A stretch of DNA of 64,000 nucleotides from Vulcanimicrobiota bacterium (GCA_050250895.1 JBFWNU010000006.1:443720-507719), one strand, 5' to 3'; positions 49,089 through 59,929 are shown, numbered from the stretch's first letter. The notes: generated by a model not told the origin, from the letters alone. Made by a program: numbers and translations.

Positions 49089-49940
49089 GTGATGTGCAGA
49101 CTATTGAAGGTCTCTCGAAGCCGATACTACGAGTGGGTTGAAGCCCGAGAGAAGAACGCGGCTTCTGCTGCTGAGCGTGATGTATTCGACGCACGAGTTG
49201 AGCAGCTCTTCAAGCAACACAACGGCTGGTACGGCACCCGGCGGCTCGTCGCCGCGTTGCGCATAGATGGGCTGACCGTCGGCAGGAAGAGGGTTCGACG
49301 GGCGATGAGGAAGCGAGGACTGCAGCCAAGACGCCCCCGAAGCTTCAGGGCTACAACCGACTCCAGTCACGCCAGGCCCGTAGCCGCGAACGTTCTCAAC
49401 CGAGAGTTCTCCGTCGAGAAGCCCAACTTGGCGTGGGTCGGTGATATCACCTACATCAAGACCACCAAGGGTTGGCTATATTTGGCAGTGCTGCTGGACC
49501 TCTGTAGCCGCCGTGTCGTCGGTTGGTCACTGAGTCGGACTCTGCAGCGACAACTGTGTCTGGATGCCCTCCAAATGGCTCTTGGGCGCCGAGCTGGCCG
49601 GCCAGCGATTCATCACTCCGACCGAGGCTGCCAATACGCCTCAGAGGACTACCAGGACCTTCTAAGGGAGTTGGACATTGCGTGCTCGATGAGTCGCAAA
49701 GGCAATTGTTGGGACAACGCCGTTGCGGAGTCCTTCTTCGCGACTCTAAAAACCGAGCTGCTCTGGCACACGACTCTCTCGAGCGAGGTCGAGGCCAGGA
49801 AAGCACTTTTCTCCTACATCGAAATCTACTACAATCGTAACCGACTGCACTCTTCTCTGGGCTACCAGACCCCAGCCCAGTTTGAGGAACGACACACGTC
49901 AACTCCGGCGCAACCCGCCGAACTTGGTGTCCGGAAATAG
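49089..49940 (+). CDS. IS3 transposase OrfB (DDE), joined to OrfA by a -1 frameshift
   Basis: WVGDITY, HSDRGCQY, CWDNAVAESFF; the -1 frame is open from 49005. Confidence 0.95.
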   Translation: MMCRLLKVSRSRYYEWVEAREKNAASAAERDVFDARVEQLFKQHNGWYGTRRLVAALRIDGLTVGRKRVRRAMRKRGLQPRRPRSFRATTDSSHARPVAANVLNREFSVEKPNLAWVGDITYIKTTKGWLYLAVLLDLCSRRVVGWSLSRTLQRQLCLDALQMALGRRAGRPAIHHSDRGCQYASEDYQDLLRELDIACSMSRKGNCWDNAVAESFFATLKTELLWHTTLSSEVEARKALFSYIEIYYNRNRLHSSLGYQTPAQFEERHTSTPAQPAELGVRK

Positions 49941-50137
49941 GGGACCACTCCACAGGCTTAGTGAGTGTACGGCGCAAGTGTGCGCCGCACAGCGCGATTT
50001 GCCCGGTGTACGGCGCACACAACCTGGCCACCGCCGCCGCTGAGGCCGCCCCGCGGGCGGCCCGATTCGAACCGAGAAAATCTCGGGGAGAAACCCCTGG
50101 CCCCGCTCCCGCCGTCACGGGACCCCAGCCGTCGAGC

Positions 50138-50691
50138 CGCTCCGGCACTCGCCGCTCGCGCCTTAACCCAATCAAGAATTCGTGTCCGTTCCAGGACCAC
50201 ACCCGATCCTCGGCCAAACGCACACTCTCCGCGGCCCACTGCGGAGTTCCGCGCGGTTTCCTAAACTCGAGCGCTCCCTCCGAGTGGCACCGCCCCCTCG
50301 GCGCCTTTGGGCCTTTGCGGTTTTCCCCACAGCCCCTCAAGCCCTCAAGCCCCTCAGCCAACACCGCTTCTCCGCGGCCCACTGCGGATCTCCGCGGTTT
50401 CCTAAACTCGAGCGCTCCCTCCGAGTGGCACCGCCCCCTCGGCGCCTTTGGGCCTTTGCGGTTTTCCCCACAGCCCCTCAAGCCCTCAAGCCCCTCAGCC
50501 AACACCGCTTCTCCGCGGCCCACTGCGGATCTCCGCGGTTTCCCCAACTCGAGCGCCCTCCGAGTGGCACCGCCCCCTCCGCGCCTTTGCGCCTTTGCGG
50601 TTTCCCCCTCGGGCGCTCACCGCGGCCGCGGGCCAAGGCCTACTTGAGCAAGAGCAAGACGGCGAAAATCACGATCATCGCCGTCACCACG
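50138..50691. repeat. Direct repeat copy B containing about 3 tandem units of ~141 bp
   Basis: Unit starts at 50227, 50370 and 50511; near-identical units without unique spacers. Confidence 0.92.
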
Positions 50692-51386
50692 CGCTTGGTC
50701 CAGCGATTGCCTTTGAGGATCGTGAGCCTGGCACCCACCAAACCACCCCCGAGCGAGCCCACCCCGTGAGCCAGGCCCAATCCCCAGTTGATCAGACCCC
50801 CCTGGATGAAGACCGCCAGGGCGGCCACCGTCAAGCAGAGGTTCATCGAGACCTTGACGGCGTTGCCGCGCACCAGGTTGAGGCCGGCGCGAGTGGTTAC
50901 GGCCAGGGCGAAAAAGCCCGTGCCGGCCTGGACGAAGCCGGCGTAGATGCCGACCAGAAAGAAGGCTGCGCCGGCCAGGCCCAGGGGAATTGCCGCCTCT
51001 TCCGAGAGTTGTTTCTTACCTCGCTCCGAGTCCCAGAGGGTATAGAGGCTGACCCCGATCATGAGCCCGACCAGCACTTGCCGAAAGACGTCGTTGGGGA
51101 TCCGGGCGGCCAGGTAGGCTCCCAACAGGGCCCCCAGACTGGCCGGAAGAGCCGACCAGGTCAAGTCGGCCCGGCGCAACAGCCCTTTGCGATAGAATTC
51201 CAGGCAAGAAGAGAAACTACCCAACAAGATGCCGATGCGATTCGAACCGTTGGCCACGTTCTCGGGCAGCCCCACCCAGACCAGGGCTGGCAAACTCATA
51301 AAGGAACCGCCCCCGGCTACGGCGTTGATGGCGCCGGCCAGAAAGCCCACCAGCGCCAGCACCGCCAGTTGCAGTTCGAAGCTCAT
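50640..51386 (-). CDS. TauE/SafE (TSUP) family transporter
   Basis: AGAINAVAGGGS..LP, ANGSN, GIYAGFVQAGTG. Confidence 0.92.
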   Translation of the reverse strand: MSFELQLAVLALVGFLAGAINAVAGGGSFMSLPALVWVGLPENVANGSNRIGILLGSFSSCLEFYRKGLLRRADLTWSALPASLGALLGAYLAARIPNDVFRQVLVGLMIGVSLYTLWDSERGKKQLSEEAAIPLGLAGAAFFLVGIYAGFVQAGTGFFALAVTTRAGLNLVRGNAVKVSMNLCLTVAALAVFIQGGLINWGLGLAHGVGSLGGGLVGARLTILKGNRWTKRVVTAMIVIFAVLLLLK

Positions 51387-51538
51387 AGCGACCCTATTCG
51401 CGGGCAAAAAAAATAGGCCTCGGGATGGCGGTCCCTTAGCCTCGGAGTAGTGTGCTTGGTGATCTTTCACGACGGGTCGACAGGTTGTCTAGGGCTTTGA
51501 AAAAGTTTTTTTGGAAATTTGTAGAAGGGGCGGTTCCC

Positions 51539-53536
51539 ATGCTGATGAGAAGACTGACAAGCCTTTTACTACTGCTATTTCTGGCCGTTCCGGCGGTCGC
51601 TCAGCTAAGTCCGAAGGACCTGGCCCGACTTAAGAGTGTAGGCGATGTAGCCGTTTCGCCCGACGGCCAGAAGATCGCCTACATTTTGCGCGTTCAGCGC
51701 GATATCGATGACCCCGATGTGGAAGACGGGGCCGCCTATGCCGAGCTTTATCTTTATGAGGGCGGGGCTAGCCGGCCTTTCATCACCGGCGCGGTCACGG
51801 TCAGCGACGTGCAATGGACTCCCGACGGCAAAGAGATTGCCTTTCGGGCCAAACGGGCGGGGGACAAAGAGACCTGTCTGTACGCCATTCCCTTTGACGG
51901 GGGTGAAGCCCGCAAGATTCTCGAGTTCTCGGAAGGCGTGGGAGGCTACACCTTCAGTCCCGATGGGCGCAGGATCGCGTTTCTGGCCAGCGAGCCCAAA
52001 GCCAAGTCGGTAGAGAAGCGCGAGAAGCGCGGCTACAACCAGCAAGTGGTGGAAGAAGACTGGGCTTACACCCGGGTCTATATCGCCAATCGCGAACAGA
52101 AGACCAAGGATCTCAAGCCGCTGCAACTCGACGGCAACGCCGCCGAGCTGCACTGGAGCCCGGTCCAGGGGGACAATCGGTTGGCTCTGACCCTGGCTCC
52201 CAATCCCGGAGTCGACGCCAGCTATATGTACCGCCGCATTCGGGTCATCGACACCCAGGGGCAGGTACTGACCAAGATCGACAACCCCGGCAAACTCGGT
52301 CAGGTGAGTTGGAGCCCGGACGGCCGCTGGCTGGGCATGGTCTCGGGCGTGGATATCAACGACCCCGCCGAAGGCCACCTGATGGTGGCCGACTCCAAGA
52401 CGGGCGCCATCAAAGACCTGACTCCCAATCTGCCCGGGCATGTGGTCCACTTCGCCTGGCTTGACGCCAACAAGATGCAAGCCGTGGCCCACTTTGGCTG
52501 CGCCAGCGATCGGTTGGTCATCGACACCGGCGGCAAGATCGAGAATCTGCCCCATAACGACCTGATTTATCACGACCTTTCGGCCGGGGGCGGCAAGGTA
52601 GCCTATGTGGCTGACCATCCCACCCATCCCGGCGAGCTTTTCACCGAGCGGCGCCTGACCAACTCCAATCCCTGGCTCGACAAAATCAAGCTGGCCAAGC
52701 AAGAGGTCATGACCTACAAGGCTCGTGATGGCCTGCAACTCGAAGGCATGTTGTTGCGACCGATGGACGGTAGTGGGCCGGCCCCGCTGGTCTTGATCGT
52801 GCACGGCGGACCCGAATCGCACTATAGCAACGGTTGGAACAACTGGTACTCGACCCCCGGTCAGGTGCTGGCCGGGCGCGGCTATGCGGTGTTCTATCCT
52901 AACTACCGCGGCAGCACCGGCAGGGGAGTCGACTTCTCCAAGTCCAGCCAGGGCGACCCGGCCGGCAAGGAGTTCGACGATCTGGTTGACGCGGTGGACC
53001 ACCTCGTCAACCTCGGCCTGGTCGACAAGAGCAAGGTGGGCATCACGGGCGGTTCTTACGGTGGCTACGCTTCGGCCTGGGGAGCCACCTATTACTCCGA
53101 ACGCTTCGCTGCCTCGGTCATGTTCGTGGGCATCAGCGACAAGATCTCCAAAGTGGGCACCACCGACATTCCCGACGAAGAATTTCTGGTGCACGCCCGT
53201 CACCGGCCCTGGGACGCCTACGAGTTCTTCCGCGAACGCAGCCCCATTTTCCACGTCAAGAAAGCTCACACCCCGATCCTGATCATGCACGGCCGTGACG
53301 ACCCGCGGGTGCATCCCTCCCAGTCGATGGAACTGTTCCGGTTTCTCAAATCGTTGGGTCAGGCTCCGGTTCGGCTGGTCTTCTATCAGGGCGAGGGTCA
53401 CGGCAATCGCAAGGCGGCCGCCCGCTATGATTATAGCTTGCGTCTGCTGAGATGGATGGATCACTACCTGAAGGGTCCGGGCGGCGATCCGCCGCCACTC
53501 GAACTCGAGTATGACCTGCCGAGCCTCAAGAGTTGA
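51539..53536 (+). CDS. Secreted S9 family peptidase
   Basis: Signal peptide, SPDG propeller repeats, HGGP, GGSYGG, DPRV, EGHG. Confidence 0.93.
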   Translation: MLMRRLTSLLLLLFLAVPAVAQLSPKDLARLKSVGDVAVSPDGQKIAYILRVQRDIDDPDVEDGAAYAELYLYEGGASRPFITGAVTVSDVQWTPDGKEIAFRAKRAGDKETCLYAIPFDGGEARKILEFSEGVGGYTFSPDGRRIAFLASEPKAKSVEKREKRGYNQQVVEEDWAYTRVYIANREQKTKDLKPLQLDGNAAELHWSPVQGDNRLALTLAPNPGVDASYMYRRIRVIDTQGQVLTKIDNPGKLGQVSWSPDGRWLGMVSGVDINDPAEGHLMVADSKTGAIKDLTPNLPGHVVHFAWLDANKMQAVAHFGCASDRLVIDTGGKIENLPHNDLIYHDLSAGGGKVAYVADHPTHPGELFTERRLTNSNPWLDKIKLAKQEVMTYKARDGLQLEGMLLRPMDGSGPAPLVLIVHGGPESHYSNGWNNWYSTPGQVLAGRGYAVFYPNYRGSTGRGVDFSKSSQGDPAGKEFDDLVDAVDHLVNLGLVDKSKVGITGGSYGGYASAWGATYYSERFAASVMFVGISDKISKVGTTDIPDEEFLVHARHRPWDAYEFFRERSPIFHVKKAHTPILIMHGRDDPRVHPSQSMELFRFLKSLGQAPVRLVFYQGEGHGNRKAAARYDYSLRLLRWMDHYLKGPGGDPPPLELEYDLPSLKS

Positions 53537-56160
53537 GCAAGGAGGAGGAGAGGCTTCGCGAGTCCCACCGGCGGGAGGGCAACTGGAAGCGCTGGGGGCC
53601 CTATCTGGCCGAGCGGCAGTGGGCCACGGTGCGCGAGGACTACTCGGCCAACGGCGACTCGTGGGGGAGCTTTCCCCACGCCCACGCTCGCTCGCGGGTC
53701 TATCGCTGGGGTGAAGACGGCCTGTTGGGTCTGTGCGACCGCCAATGTCGCCTGGCTCTGGCTCCGGCTTTGTGGAATGGCCGCGATCCGTTTCTCAAAG
53801 AGCGGCTCTTTGGGCTGACCGGGCCCCAGGGCAACCACGGCGAGGATGTCAAGGAGTGCTACTACTACCTCGACGCTACTCCCACTCACAGCTATGGCAA
53901 GGCGCTCTACAAGTATCCGCAGGCGGAGTTCCCCTACGCCTGGCTGGTGGAAGAGAACGGCAACCGAGGTCGAGAGCAGCCCGAATTCGAACTGACCGAC
54001 ACCGGGATCTTCGACGAGGAACGCTATTTCGACGTTTTCGTCGAGTATGCCAAGGCCGGCCCCAACGACCTGCTGGTGGCCTACGAGGTCTACAACCGTG
54101 GACCCGAGGCGGCCGAGGTCTGGGTCTTGCCCACTCTCTGGTTTCGCAATACCTGGTCGTGGGGCCGCCAGGGAGAGGACTATGGGCCTGAGCCCCGGTT
54201 GTGGTGGGACAACGGCGTCGTCGAGTGCGACCACCATCAACTCGGCCGGTTCACTCTGGCCTTCGAGAGCCCGCCGGATCAGGCTCTATTCACCCATAAC
54301 GAGACCAATCGCGAGCGCCTCTACGGGGCGTCCAATCCCCAGCCCTACGTTAAAGATGCCTTCCATCGCTATCTGGTGGAAAGACAGCAGCGCGCCGTCA
54401 ATCCGGCTCAGGCCGGCACCAAGATGGCCGCGGTCTATCATCTCAGCCTCGAGTCGGGCCAATCGCGCCGCATCTGTCTGCGCCTGTCGAGCCAGGACGA
54501 ACGCCCCACGAAGCCCTTTGGCCAGGCCTACCACAGGGTCTTCGCCCAGTCTCGAAAAGAGGCCGACGAGTTCTATGCAGCTCGTGACCCTGGACTTAGC
54601 GACGAGGATCGTCTGATCTGGCGCCAGGCCTACGCCGGGCTGTTGTGGTCCAAGCAATTCTACTTCTACTCGGTAGAGCACTGGCTCGAGGGAGATCCCA
54701 GCCAGCCCCCGCCGCCACGTCAACGCTGGACGGGACGTAACGAGTCGTGGCGAGAGACTCTCTATAACCGGGATGTTATTCTCATGCCCGACAGCTGGGA
54801 GTATCCGTGGTACGCGGCCTGGGACCTGGCTTTCCACGTCTTTCCGCTGGCTCGCCTCGATCCTGATTTCGCCAAGCAACAACTGGTGCTCATGTTGCGC
54901 GAGTGGTATATGCACCCCAGCGGAGCCATTCCGGCCTACGAGTTCAATTTCAGTGACGTCAATCCACCGGTGCACGCCTGGGCGGTCCTGCGCGTTTACC
55001 GAACCACCGGGAGCCGCGACCGGGCCTTTCTCGAGCGCTGCTTCCACAAGCTGCTGCTCAATTTTACCTGGTGGGTCAATCGCACCGACCAGGACGGCAA
55101 TAACGTCTTTTCGGGTGGCTTTTTGGGGCTCGACAATATCGGGGTTTTCGACCGCTCGCGCTTTCCCCGGCACCTGGGTGAACTCGAGCAAGCCGACGCT
55201 ACTGCCTGGATGGCATTTTTCAGTCTGCGGATGCTGGCCATCGCCCTGGAGTTGGCCCGCCAGAATCCGGTTTACGAAGACATCGCCTCGAAGTTCTTCG
55301 AGCATTTCGTGGCCATCACCGACTCGGTCAACCACCTGGGAGAATTGGGACTTTGGGACCCTCAGGACGGCTTCTACTATGACGTCATCCGCAGTCCCCA
55401 GGGTTCGATTCCGCTCAAAGTGAGATCCATGGTGGGGCTGTTGCCGCTGATCGCGGTCGAGATCCTGGATGGCTCGCAACTGGCCGAACTCGAAGGCTTT
55501 CGCAAACGAATGGAGTGGTTACTCGACAACCGTCCCGGGTTGGCTCGCCATATCGTTCGCTGTCCCGAGACGGGCAACATCTTGTTGGCCGTGGCCCCGC
55601 AAGAGCAGTTGGTGCGCGTGCTCGACAAGATGCTCGACACCGAGGAGTTTCTCTCGAAGTTCGGCATTCGCTCGCTTTCCCGATTTCATGCCAGGCATCC
55701 CTATCGCTTCATCACCTCGGGACAGGAATATCGGGTGGACTATGAACCAGCCGAATCGGTCTCGGGGATGTTCGGTGGCAACAGCAATTGGCGTGGTCCG
55801 GTGTGGTTTCCGGTCAACTATCTTCTCATTGACGCCCTCAAGCGTCATTACCAATTTTACCGGGACCAGCTGAAGGTGGCCTTTCCTAGCCGCTCGCGCC
55901 ACCGGCTCACCTTGCTCGAGGTGGCCCACAATTTGGAGAACCGCCTGGCCAGTCTGTTCCGGCGTGGGCCTCACGGGCGACCGGCCCATGCCGGAGAGAA
56001 GATTTATTCACGCCCCGAATGGCAAGATCTGGTGCTATTCTATGAGTATTTCGATGCGGAAACGGGCAAAGGATTGGGGGCTTCCCATCAAACGGGCTGG
56101 ACGGCCCTGGTGGCGCGCAGTTTGGAGGACATCGACCCCGATCATTGCCTTCGGGGATAA
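53533..56160 (+). CDS. MGH1-like glycoside hydrolase (GH63-related)
   Basis: [50 protein letters not shown]. Confidence 0.92.
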   Translation: MSKEEERLRESHRREGNWKRWGPYLAERQWATVREDYSANGDSWGSFPHAHARSRVYRWGEDGLLGLCDRQCRLALAPALWNGRDPFLKERLFGLTGPQGNHGEDVKECYYYLDATPTHSYGKALYKYPQAEFPYAWLVEENGNRGREQPEFELTDTGIFDEERYFDVFVEYAKAGPNDLLVAYEVYNRGPEAAEVWVLPTLWFRNTWSWGRQGEDYGPEPRLWWDNGVVECDHHQLGRFTLAFESPPDQALFTHNETNRERLYGASNPQPYVKDAFHRYLVERQQRAVNPAQAGTKMAAVYHLSLESGQSRRICLRLSSQDERPTKPFGQAYHRVFAQSRKEADEFYAARDPGLSDEDRLIWRQAYAGLLWSKQFYFYSVEHWLEGDPSQPPPPRQRWTGRNESWRETLYNRDVILMPDSWEYPWYAAWDLAFHVFPLARLDPDFAKQQLVLMLREWYMHPSGAIPAYEFNFSDVNPPVHAWAVLRVYRTTGSRDRAFLERCFHKLLLNFTWWVNRTDQDGNNVFSGGFLGLDNIGVFDRSRFPRHLGELEQADATAWMAFFSLRMLAIALELARQNPVYEDIASKFFEHFVAITDSVNHLGELGLWDPQDGFYYDVIRSPQGSIPLKVRSMVGLLPLIAVEILDGSQLAELEGFRKRMEWLLDNRPGLARHIVRCPETGNILLAVAPQEQLVRVLDKMLDTEEFLSKFGIRSLSRFHARHPYRFITSGQEYRVDYEPAESVSGMFGGNSNWRGPVWFPVNYLLIDALKRHYQFYRDQLKVAFPSRSRHRLTLLEVAHNLENRLASLFRRGPHGRPAHAGEKIYSRPEWQDLVLFYEYFDAETGKGLGASHQTGWTALVARSLEDIDPDHCLRG

Positions 56161-56211
56161 ACCCCTGGAAGAGAGGAACCCGAACGGGTCCGACCAACTT
56201 GAGATCCTCTG

Positions 56212-57132
56212 ATGAGTGTTTTCGATTCGAAAATCTCCAGCCTCTGGAAACGGCTCTCCGACTGGCTTCAAGTGAACTCGCCGCCAACCTTCGAGACCTT
56301 GCGTCCGGGAGCGGGCGAGGAGCGCATTCGCTATCTCGAAGAAGGCTTCGGTTTTCACTTTCCGCCTCCCATACGGACCTTCTTCGGATTGGTCGAGGGT
56401 CAGGGCACCGACGCCCCCTGCGGCCTGTTCGAAGGGTGGAGCTTGCTCAACTTCGAGGAGTTGCTGCAGGAGTGGGAGGCCCTGGGCGACGCGCTCACCT
56501 CGGCTCCTACTGCCGAGGCTATTGCCTTTCACGGCCCCCTCAAACGGGTCTACGCGACCCGCGGGTGGATTCCGTTCGCCACCGATTTCGGCGGTGGCTT
56601 ACTCTGTTTTGACCTCGAGCCCGGACTGGGTGGACAGGTGGGCCAGATTCTCGAGTTGGATCACGAGGGGAGCCATCGGCGCGTGCTCGCTCCCAGTCTT
56701 GAACTCTTCCTGGAAAAGATGATCACCGACCTCGAATCGGGCCGGACCTTGCTCGACGACGCCGTGTATCGGCCTGAGAGCGTGCGCATTGATGGCGCGG
56801 CTCAACTGCGCCCGGGCAACGTCTGCAGCCATCCGCGCCTGGCCGAGATCGGTCTTTCGATTTCGGTGGTAGAACCCGAAGAGGACGGCTTCGGCGGTTC
56901 TGAGTTGGCGTTGGCCCTGGAAGAGGACCAAACGGTGGAATTGGGCGAGGTTCGCCTCGAGACCCCCGACGGCAAGGTCCTTTCGACCAGAAGTGCCAGT
57001 CTGGCTCGTTTTGATCGCCATCTGCGTAGTTTTACCTCGGTCCGCATTCTGGGCTGGGATCGAAACTTGCCCCCCGACGCTCAGCTGGTGGTCGGCTTCT
57101 TTCATCTCGAGCGACCGTGGCTGGCGCGCTAA
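56212..57132 (+). CDS. SMI1/KNR4 family protein
   Basis: LRPGA..LEE..FPP, WIPFATDFGG..FDLEPG..GQVGQI, LAPSL. Confidence 0.85.
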   Translation: MSVFDSKISSLWKRLSDWLQVNSPPTFETLRPGAGEERIRYLEEGFGFHFPPPIRTFFGLVEGQGTDAPCGLFEGWSLLNFEELLQEWEALGDALTSAPTAEAIAFHGPLKRVYATRGWIPFATDFGGGLLCFDLEPGLGGQVGQILELDHEGSHRRVLAPSLELFLEKMITDLESGRTLLDDAVYRPESVRIDGAAQLRPGNVCSHPRLAEIGLSISVVEPEEDGFGGSELALALEEDQTVELGEVRLETPDGKVLSTRSASLARFDRHLRSFTSVRILGWDRNLPPDAQLVVGFFHLERPWLAR

Positions 57133-57214
57133 CTTTCCTCTAACGCGCCAGAAGCGCTGCTCTAACCGCCGCTTTCCTATGATGGGCCAAGTGGTGGAAC
57201 AGAAAGAAGCGGAA

Positions 57215-59572
57215 ATGTCGCAAAGACAACCCCTTGTCGCCGTACGAAACACAGTGATGTTTCCCCACGGCGTCCTTCCGATTACGGTCGCCCGACCCCG
57301 ATCCCGCGCCGCCATCGAGGCGGCTTTCGACAAACAAGACGGCACCCTGGTGGTGTTCGCGCAAAAGGATCCCCAACAGGATAGTCCCGAGGCGGACGAC
57401 CTGTTTACTATTGGCACGCGAGTGCGCATTCAACGTGTGGTCAAGAGCCACAGCCATTTCGAGGTGCTGCTTCAAGGCATCGAACGGGTCCGTCTGCTCG
57501 ACGTGACTGCGCGTGATGGCTATCTGGAGGGCGAGGTCGAGACCTTGCCAACCTTTCAGGATGAAGGCCTCGAGATCGAGGCCCTGGGCCGGGAAGTGAT
57601 CGAGGTGTCCACGCAGGTCTTGGAACTTTCGGGCCAAAGTCGTGGTCCGCTGGCTCATCTTGCGGCTCAACTCGACGATCCGGTTCAACTGGCCTATTTT
57701 CTAGCCCCTGCTCTGGGACTGCCGGTGGATAAGTGTCAGGCCGTGCTGGAAGCGTCGAGCCGTCAACAGACGCTCGAGCGGCTGCTCGAGTTCTTGCGGT
57801 TCGAACTCGAGGTCTTGGGACTGCAAAAGCAGATCAACAGCCAGACCCGTGAGCAACTTGGCAAAGAGCAAAAGCAAGCCATCTTGCGGCGTCAACTGGA
57901 GGCCATTCGCAAAGAGATGGGCGACGGCGAAGATGAACAGGCCGAAGCCGAGCTTTTGCGCGAGCGGCTCGAACAACTCGACCTTTCTGAAGAGGTTCAC
58001 AAAGAGATCGAGCGCGAACTCAAGAGACTGGAACGCACGCCGAGCAACTCGCCCGACTACCAGGTGGCCCGCACCTATCTCGAGTTGGTGTTGGACCTGC
58101 CCTGGAAAGAGAGCACCGAAGACAATCTCGATCTGGCACGGGCTCGTCAGGTGCTCGACGAGGACCATCACGGTCTCGAAGAGATCAAAGAACGAATTCT
58201 CGAACATCTGGCGGTGATGAAGCTCAATGCCGAGGCCAAAGCTCCCATCCTCTTGTTCGTCGGCCCGCCCGGAGTCGGTAAGACCTCGCTGGGACAGTCC
58301 ATTGCCAGGTCTTTAGGCCGCAAGTTCGAACGGCTGAGCCTGGGCGGGTTGCACGACGAAGCCGAGCTTCGAGGCCATCGGCGAACCTACATCGGAGCCA
58401 TGCCGGGTCGCTTGATTCAGGCTTTGCGCCGGGCCGGTTCGAAAAACCCTGTGTTGATGCTCGACGAGATCGACAAGCTGGGCCGAGGCTTTCGTGGCGA
58501 CCCGGCGGCCGCTTTGCTGGAAGTGATCGACCCGGCCCAGAACGACAAGTTCCGGGACAACTACCTCGACCTGCCCTTTGACCTGTCCAAGGTGATGTTC
58601 ATCTTGACGGCCAACTCCCTGGATACCATCCCTGAGCCTTTGCTAGACCGCATGGAGGTCATCCACCTGAGCGGCTATTCTCAGGAAGAGAAGCTCGGGA
58701 TCGCTCGCCGCTACCTGGTGCCCCGGCGTCTTCGCGAAGCAGGTCTGGCCCAGGAACAGGTGACCGTGCTCAAGGAGGCGCTCAACCACCTGATTGCTCG
58801 CTATACCCGCGAGGCGGGCGTGCGCAATCTCGAGCGGGCGCTGGGCAAAGTGGCGCGCAAACTGGCCCTGCGGTATAGCGAACAGGCCCAGTCGTTCACG
58901 CTGGACGTGGCTCTGGTCCAAGAACTGCTCGGGCCCGAGACCTTCAGCGAAGAACGGGTGCGTCAACGCAGCGACAACGGAGTAGCCACCGGGCTGGCCT
59001 GGACTCGAGCGGGCGGCGACATTCTCTACATCGAATCGCTTCTGATTGCAGGGGGTAAGGGATTGACCCTGACCGGCCAACTCGGTGAGGTCATGAGCGA
59101 ATCGGCCCAGGCCGCCCAAAGCTACATTCTGTCGAAGGCCCGCGAGTTTCGTATCCCCGAGCGAAGCCTGCGCGAGAGTGGCGTGCACATCCACGTTCCG
59201 GCCGGGGCCATCCCCAAGGACGGCCCCTCGGCGGGGGTTACGATGGCGGTTTCGCTGGCTTCGGCCTATACCGGCATCGCGGTTCGCCCGGACGTGGCTA
59301 TGACCGGCGAGATCACTCTCACCGGATTGGTCTTGCCGGTGGGCGGAATCAAAGAAAAGGTCCTGGCCGCCCGTCGGAGCGGGATCACTACCGTGATCCT
59401 GCCCCGCGACAACGAGAGGGACCTGGCCAAACTGCCTGACCACATCCGCGCCGAGATGGAGTTCGTGCTGGCTGACCGCATCGAAGAGGTGCTGGAGGTC
59501 GCCGCTCCCGAGATCGCAAGACGACTGGCCCGCGAACGAGAGGCGCTGCTGGCCGGCGGGGTCTTGAACTAA
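57215..59572 (+). CDS. lon: Lon protease
   Basis: GPPGVGKT, LDEIDK, PKDGPSAG, VGGIKEK; start re-called at MSQRQPL. Confidence 0.96.
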   Translation: MSQRQPLVAVRNTVMFPHGVLPITVARPRSRAAIEAAFDKQDGTLVVFAQKDPQQDSPEADDLFTIGTRVRIQRVVKSHSHFEVLLQGIERVRLLDVTARDGYLEGEVETLPTFQDEGLEIEALGREVIEVSTQVLELSGQSRGPLAHLAAQLDDPVQLAYFLAPALGLPVDKCQAVLEASSRQQTLERLLEFLRFELEVLGLQKQINSQTREQLGKEQKQAILRRQLEAIRKEMGDGEDEQAEAELLRERLEQLDLSEEVHKEIERELKRLERTPSNSPDYQVARTYLELVLDLPWKESTEDNLDLARARQVLDEDHHGLEEIKERILEHLAVMKLNAEAKAPILLFVGPPGVGKTSLGQSIARSLGRKFERLSLGGLHDEAELRGHRRTYIGAMPGRLIQALRRAGSKNPVLMLDEIDKLGRGFRGDPAAALLEVIDPAQNDKFRDNYLDLPFDLSKVMFILTANSLDTIPEPLLDRMEVIHLSGYSQEEKLGIARRYLVPRRLREAGLAQEQVTVLKEALNHLIARYTREAGVRNLERALGKVARKLALRYSEQAQSFTLDVALVQELLGPETFSEERVRQRSDNGVATGLAWTRAGGDILYIESLLIAGGKGLTLTGQLGEVMSESAQAAQSYILSKAREFRIPERSLRESGVHIHVPAGAIPKDGPSAGVTMAVSLASAYTGIAVRPDVAMTGEITLTGLVLPVGGIKEKVLAARRSGITTVILPRDNERDLAKLPDHIRAEMEFVLADRIEEVLEVAAPEIARRLAREREALLAGGVLN

Positions 59573-59890
59573 TCACTTCTGGGGCGAGCCGGCCACGGCT
59601 CGCCCCAGCCATAGGCGGCGCATCATTTTCTTTTCGAACTCCCAGAAGAAGCGGAACTGGCCAAAGATGGCGCCCCACAGCAACAGCAACACCTGATAGG
59701 CGGGTAGCATGAAGACAAGGTAGAGGGTGGTGGTCAACCACCCGGGCAGATGGGGGCCCACCCCGACCAGGTCGAAAACGGGTTCTTTCAGGCGGGCTAC
59801 CGAGGTGCCGGTGACGGCGAATACGGTGAAGATCAGCCAGAACTGGCCGGTGCTTTGAATACCCCACCGTTGCTTGAGTCGCTCGATCAT
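59573..59890 (-). CDS. Small membrane protein (DUF6787-like)
   Basis: LKQRWGI..VFAVTG..YQVLLL..GQFRFFWEFEKKM. Confidence 0.75.
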   Translation of the reverse strand: MIERLKQRWGIQSTGQFWLIFTVFAVTGTSVARLKEPVFDLVGVGPHLPGWLTTTLYLVFMLPAYQVLLLLWGAIFGQFRFFWEFEKKMMRRLWLGRAVAGSPQK

Positions 59891-59929
59891 CCCTCTTATG
59901 ATGGATTCTCCATCGACGCCGATTCCCTT

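Larger units (their letters stand above)
48663..49952 (+). mobile_element. IS3-family insertion sequence, 1290 bp, apparently intact
   Basis: IRL TGGGGTGGTCCCCTTGTACCGGACAC, IRR (reverse complement) TGGAGTGGTCCCCTATTTCCGGACAC; 4-bp target duplication CAGG (48659-48662, 49953-49956). Confidence 0.95.

Noticed and set aside
50227-50606. CRISPR array
   Set aside because: The units are ~141-bp near-identical tandem copies with no unique spacers, and no cas genes are present.
47357-50690. DGR template/variable repeat pair at the TSUP 3' end
   Set aside because: Mismatches are not confined to adenines on either strand, and no reverse transcriptase is in the window.
49456-50769. ORFs 49456-50547, 49961-50647, 50182-50769 and 46876-47364
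   Set aside because: These are translations of GC-rich repeats that stay open in several frames. A short gene remnant near 46978-47030 (VQIRFEGLTAEELLALP) is possible but unsupported.
51605-55479. Long antisense ORFs (619 and 397 aa; likewise 39935-41374, 30417-31451, 9946-11001)
   Set aside because: Codon-bias shadows opposite well-supported genes.
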